From positions 956,179 to 1,020,178 of the forward strand of contig CP075367.1 in assembly GCA_019454165.1 (NCBI GenBank): a DNA stretch of 64,000 bases, given 5' to 3'. Under the pieces are notes generated by a model that ran no database searches, was not told the origin of the DNA, and was given only the letters and a program-made list of their open reading frames with translations. The position numbers were made by a program, and so were the translations under genes. Below, one piece after another: positions 61,506 to 64,000 of the stretch (position 1 is the stretch's first letter; each line of letters opens with the position of its first letter). Source of the stretch: Anaerolineales bacterium. GTDB lineage: Bacteria > Chloroflexota > Anaerolineae > Anaerolineales > UBA11579.

Positions 61506-63139
61506 CTTATCGGTCCGGCACCTTTGATCGCCGCACTCGCGCTGCCGGCGAAGCGCCCAAAATTCTTGTGGAACTCCGCTGCCAGCTTGGCGGCCTGCGC
61601 GTCGTAGGCGGCCTTGTCGGCCCAGGTGTCACGCGGGTTCAGCACCTCGCTGGGCACATCCGGCGCGCTGGCGGGGATCGCCAGGCCGAACACCGGGTCG
61701 GTCTGCGTGGACACGCCGTCCAGCGCGCCCTCCACCGCGGCGCGCACCATGGCGCGGGTGTAGTCGATCTTCATGCGCTTGCCCACGCCGTACGGGCCGC
61801 CGGTCCAGCCGGTGTTGACCAGCCAGGCCTGCGTGTTGTGCTTGCGCATCTTCTCGGCCAGCATCTCGGCGTAGACGGTCGGGTCCCACACCATGAACAC
61901 CTCGCCGAAGCAGGCCGAGAAGGTGGCCTGCGGCTCGGTGACGCCGCGCTCGGTGCCAGCCAGCTTGGCCGTGTAGCCGGAGAGGAAGTAGTACATCGCC
62001 TGCTCGGGGGTCAGCTTGGAAATCGGCGGCAGCACGCCCCACGCATCTGCGCTCAGGAACACGATGTGGTTGGGGTGGCCGGCCATGCCGTCAGGGTCTG
62101 TGTTGGAGTTGAAGTTGAGGGGGTAGGCGGAGCGGGTGTTCTCGGTGATCTTGTCACTTTCCAGATCCAGGCTGCGGTCCGGATTGAGCACCACATTCTC
62201 CAGCACGGTGCCGTAGCGGTGCGAGGCGGCCCAGATGTCCGGCTCCGCTTTCTGCGAGAGCTTGATCACCTTGGCGTAGCAGCCGCCCTCCAGGTTGAAC
62301 ACGCCGTTGTCACTCCAGCCGTGCTCGTCGTCGCCGATGAGGGCGCGGGACGGGTCGGCCGAGAGGGTGGTCTTGCCCGTGCCCGACAGGCCGAAGAACA
62401 GCGCCGTACGCCGGTCGCTGCCCACATTGGCCGAGCAGTGCATCGAGAGCACGCCCTGCTTGGGCAGCAGATAGTTTAGCGAAGAGAAGATGGATTTCTT
62501 GAGCTCACCCGCGTAGCGCGTGCCGCCGATCAGCACCATTTTCTTAGCCAGGTTGAGCACAATGAAGGTGCCAGAGCGCACGCCGTCCGTCTTCGGGTTG
62601 GCCTGCAGCTCAGGCGCGTGCAGCACGGTGAACTCGGCCTCGAACTTGCTCACATCCTTGTGGCGGAACATGTTCTTGACGAACAGCATGTGCCAGGCCG
62701 AGGTGGATACAAAGCGCACCGGCATCTCGTAGGCCGGGTCGGCGCAGGCATACACCTCGCGCACGTACAGCTTTTCTTGTTTATTGAGGTAGGCGACCAT
62801 CTTCTGGTGCAGACGGTCGAAGTGTTTCTCGCTGATGTCTACGTTCACCTGGCCCCAGTGCACATCCTGCTCACTGGCGGCTTCGCGCACCACGAAGCGA
62901 TCCTTGGGGGAACGCCCGGTGTGCGGGGTGGTGACTGCGTTCATGGGGCCGGCGGCGGTGAGCTGCACCTCGCCGTTGCGCACGGCATGCTCATAGCTCT
63001 CGGCGGTGGTCAGGTTGTAAAAGGCCTTCTTCAGACTCAGGGCAGCCGGCTTGCTGCTGGCTGCGGATTTGCGTTTCTTGGGCTTGGTTGTTGGTTTCTT
63101 GACGGTGGCTTTGCGCTGCAACTTCTTTTTGACCGGCAT
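61496..63139 (-). CDS. pckA: Phosphoenolpyruvate carboxykinase (ATP) with Lys-rich N-terminal extension
   Basis: TTPHTGRSPKDRFVV, kinase-1a FFGLSGTGKTTLSADP and IGDDEHGW. There is a ~35-aa extension MPVKKKLQRKATVKKPTTKPKKRKSAASSKP before the conserved core. Confidence 0.93.
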   Translation of the reverse strand: MPVKKKLQRKATVKKPTTKPKKRKSAASSKPAALSLKKAFYNLTTAESYEHAVRNGEVQLTAAGPMNAVTTPHTGRSPKDRFVVREAASEQDVHWGQVNVDISEKHFDRLHQKMVAYLNKQEKLYVREVYACADPAYEMPVRFVSTSAWHMLFVKNMFRHKDVSKFEAEFTVLHAPELQANPKTDGVRSGTFIVLNLAKKMVLIGGTRYAGELKKSIFSSLNYLLPKQGVLSMHCSANVGSDRRTALFFGLSGTGKTTLSADPSRALIGDDEHGWSDNGVFNLEGGCYAKVIKLSQKAEPDIWAASHRYGTVLENVVLNPDRSLDLESDKITENTRSAYPLNFNSNTDPDGMAGHPNHIVFLSADAWGVLPPISKLTPEQAMYYFLSGYTAKLAGTERGVTEPQATFSACFGEVFMVWDPTVYAEMLAEKMRKHNTQAWLVNTGWTGGPYGVGKRMKIDYTRAMVRAAVEGALDGVSTQTDPVFGLAIPASAPDVPSEVLNPRDTWADKAAYDAQAAKLAAEFHKNFGRFAGSASAAIKGAGPISKG

Positions 63140-63229
63140 TCAATCTCCTCGGGGGTCGGGGTCGTTGATACGCTCCAAAAATTGTATCAGTATTCTGTTG
63201 GCGGTTAAAATCGCTGCTGCGAGGGCCCC

Positions 63230-64000
63230 ATGAAACGTCAGATGAATGAAAACAAACGCGCCAAGAGCAGCCTGGTCAATACAGAGTTGCTGGAACAGCA
63301 TATCCGCGAGGCGCTTGAGCGCCGCCAGAATACAGCCCTCAAGGCGGCTCTCGAAGGCCAGCACCAGGCCAACATTGCCGATGTGATGGAGCGCCTCAAC
63401 ACCAGCCAGCGCCGCCGCGTCTTCGGCGCGCTGGAGCTGGAGCGCCAGGCCGCCGTGCTCGGCGAACTGCCGCCCAACCTGGTGCGCGAGGTGGCCAGCC
63501 CGCTGAAGGTGGGCCAGATCGCCACCATTGTCGACCAGATGCCCATGGACGAGGCGGCCCAGATCGTGCCGCTGTTCCCGCGTCGCCGCTCGGTGATCCT
63601 GGAGGCCATGGATCCCCAGCACGCGCTGGATATCCAGCGTCTGCTGCAGTACCCGATCCACAGCGCCGGCCGCATGATGACCGAGCGCTTCGTGCGCGTG
63701 CACAAAGACTGGCGCGCCGCTGAGACGCTGGTGCGCCTGCGCCGCATGAACGCTGCGGTCGAGACCCTGACCAATCTCTATGTGGTGGACGACGAAGACC
63801 GCCTGGAAGGTGTGGTCTCGCTGCGCGAGGTGGTGGTGGCGCCGGCCCGCAAGAAACTGGGCGATCTTATGAACACTCAGGTCGTCAGCGTGACGCCCGA
63901 GACCGACCGTGAAGAAGTGGCCCGCCTGCTCTCGCACTACGATTATCTGGCCATGCCCGTGCTGGATGTGACCGGGCGTATGCTCGGCATAATCCCGGTC
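63230..64000 (+). CDS. mgtE: Magnesium transporter MgtE (N-terminal and CBS domains; 3' part leaves the window)
   Basis: Absent from the ORF track because it is open-ended. From ATG 63230: MKRQMNENKRAK...IADVMERLNTSQRRRVFGAL...AGRMMTERFVRVHKDWRAAETLVRLRR...LYVVDDEDRLEGVVSLREVV. Confidence 0.85.
   Translation, partial: MKRQMNENKRAKSSLVNTELLEQHIREALERRQNTALKAALEGQHQANIADVMERLNTSQRRRVFGALELERQAAVLGELPPNLVREVASPLKVGQIATIVDQMPMDEAAQIVPLFPRRRSVILEAMDPQHALDIQRLLQYPIHSAGRMMTERFVRVHKDWRAAETLVRLRRMNAAVETLTNLYVVDDEDRLEGVVSLREVVVAPARKKLGDLMNTQVVSVTPETDREEVARLLSHYDYLAMPVLDVTGRMLGIIPV

Noticed and set aside
637-63937. Many long ORFs antisense to the called genes. Examples: 637-1425(-), 5135-6406(-), 8399-9364(-), 17641-19371(-), 31772-32911(-), 34655-36610(-), 40173-41678(-), 49214-50803(+), 58531-59694(+), 63140-63937(-).
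   Set aside because: These are typical high-GC shadow ORFs. Their translations are Arg/Ala/Gly/Pro/His-rich with no recognisable motifs and no SD. Each fully overlaps a gene with strong domain evidence on the other strand.
1-64000. tRNA, rRNA, tmRNA or CRISPR loci.
   Set aside because: Scanning intergenic regions by eye found no cloverleaf-compatible GTTCGAATC-type T-arms, no rRNA-like conserved blocks and no repeat-spacer arrays. A tRNAscan/Infernal run would be needed to be certain.

Overview
This is a high-GC (roughly mid-60s % by eye) bacterial chromosomal segment, densely coded on both strands. The repeat families and protein flavour suggest a Chloroflexota-like organism, but that is a low-confidence inference. 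All calls come from reading the ORF translations and the DNA by eye; no searches were run.

Ordinary content:
- c-di-GMP signalling: two tandem GGDEF cyclases and an HD-GYP phosphodiesterase.
- Other signalling: a GAF histidine kinase and an FHA protein.
- Housekeeping: typA/bipA, rpsU, pckA, mgtE, PolX and a PduO-type adenosyltransferase.
- Transport and redox: nirK with a fused cupredoxin domain, a PotD/B/C/A-type ABC transporter, a BMP-type ABC transporter, a D-amino-acid oxidase, a rhomboid protease, three GNATs and many small membrane proteins.

Headline observation: an intact, host-ameliorated set of podovirus-like virion and packaging genes is split over three loci.
- Large terminase at 13.8-15.2 kb.
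- Portal at 25.3-27.1 kb.
- Scaffold-like, major capsid, adaptor-like, 849-aa nozzle-like, fibre-like and holin-like genes at 38.0-46.4 kb.

These loci are separated by ~10 kb blocks of normal cellular genes. No integrase, replication genes, small terminase or endolysin is visible. The dispersed genes share a G5-type Shine-Dalgarno signature that the cellular genes in the window lack. I read this as a candidate domesticated, gene-transfer-agent-like system.

Other notable items:
- A low-GC DpnI-like (methyl-directed) nuclease gene abutting the portal gene.
- A four-helix-bundle gene cassette flanked by GGATGAAGG inverted repeats.
- MITE-like GTCATTCCGA...TCGGAATGAC elements at the edges of phage-like loci.
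- A 7-mer tandem repeat inside the structural module.
- A long structured leader with tandem terminators upstream of the BMP transporter operon.

No rRNA, tRNA or CRISPR array was recognised.
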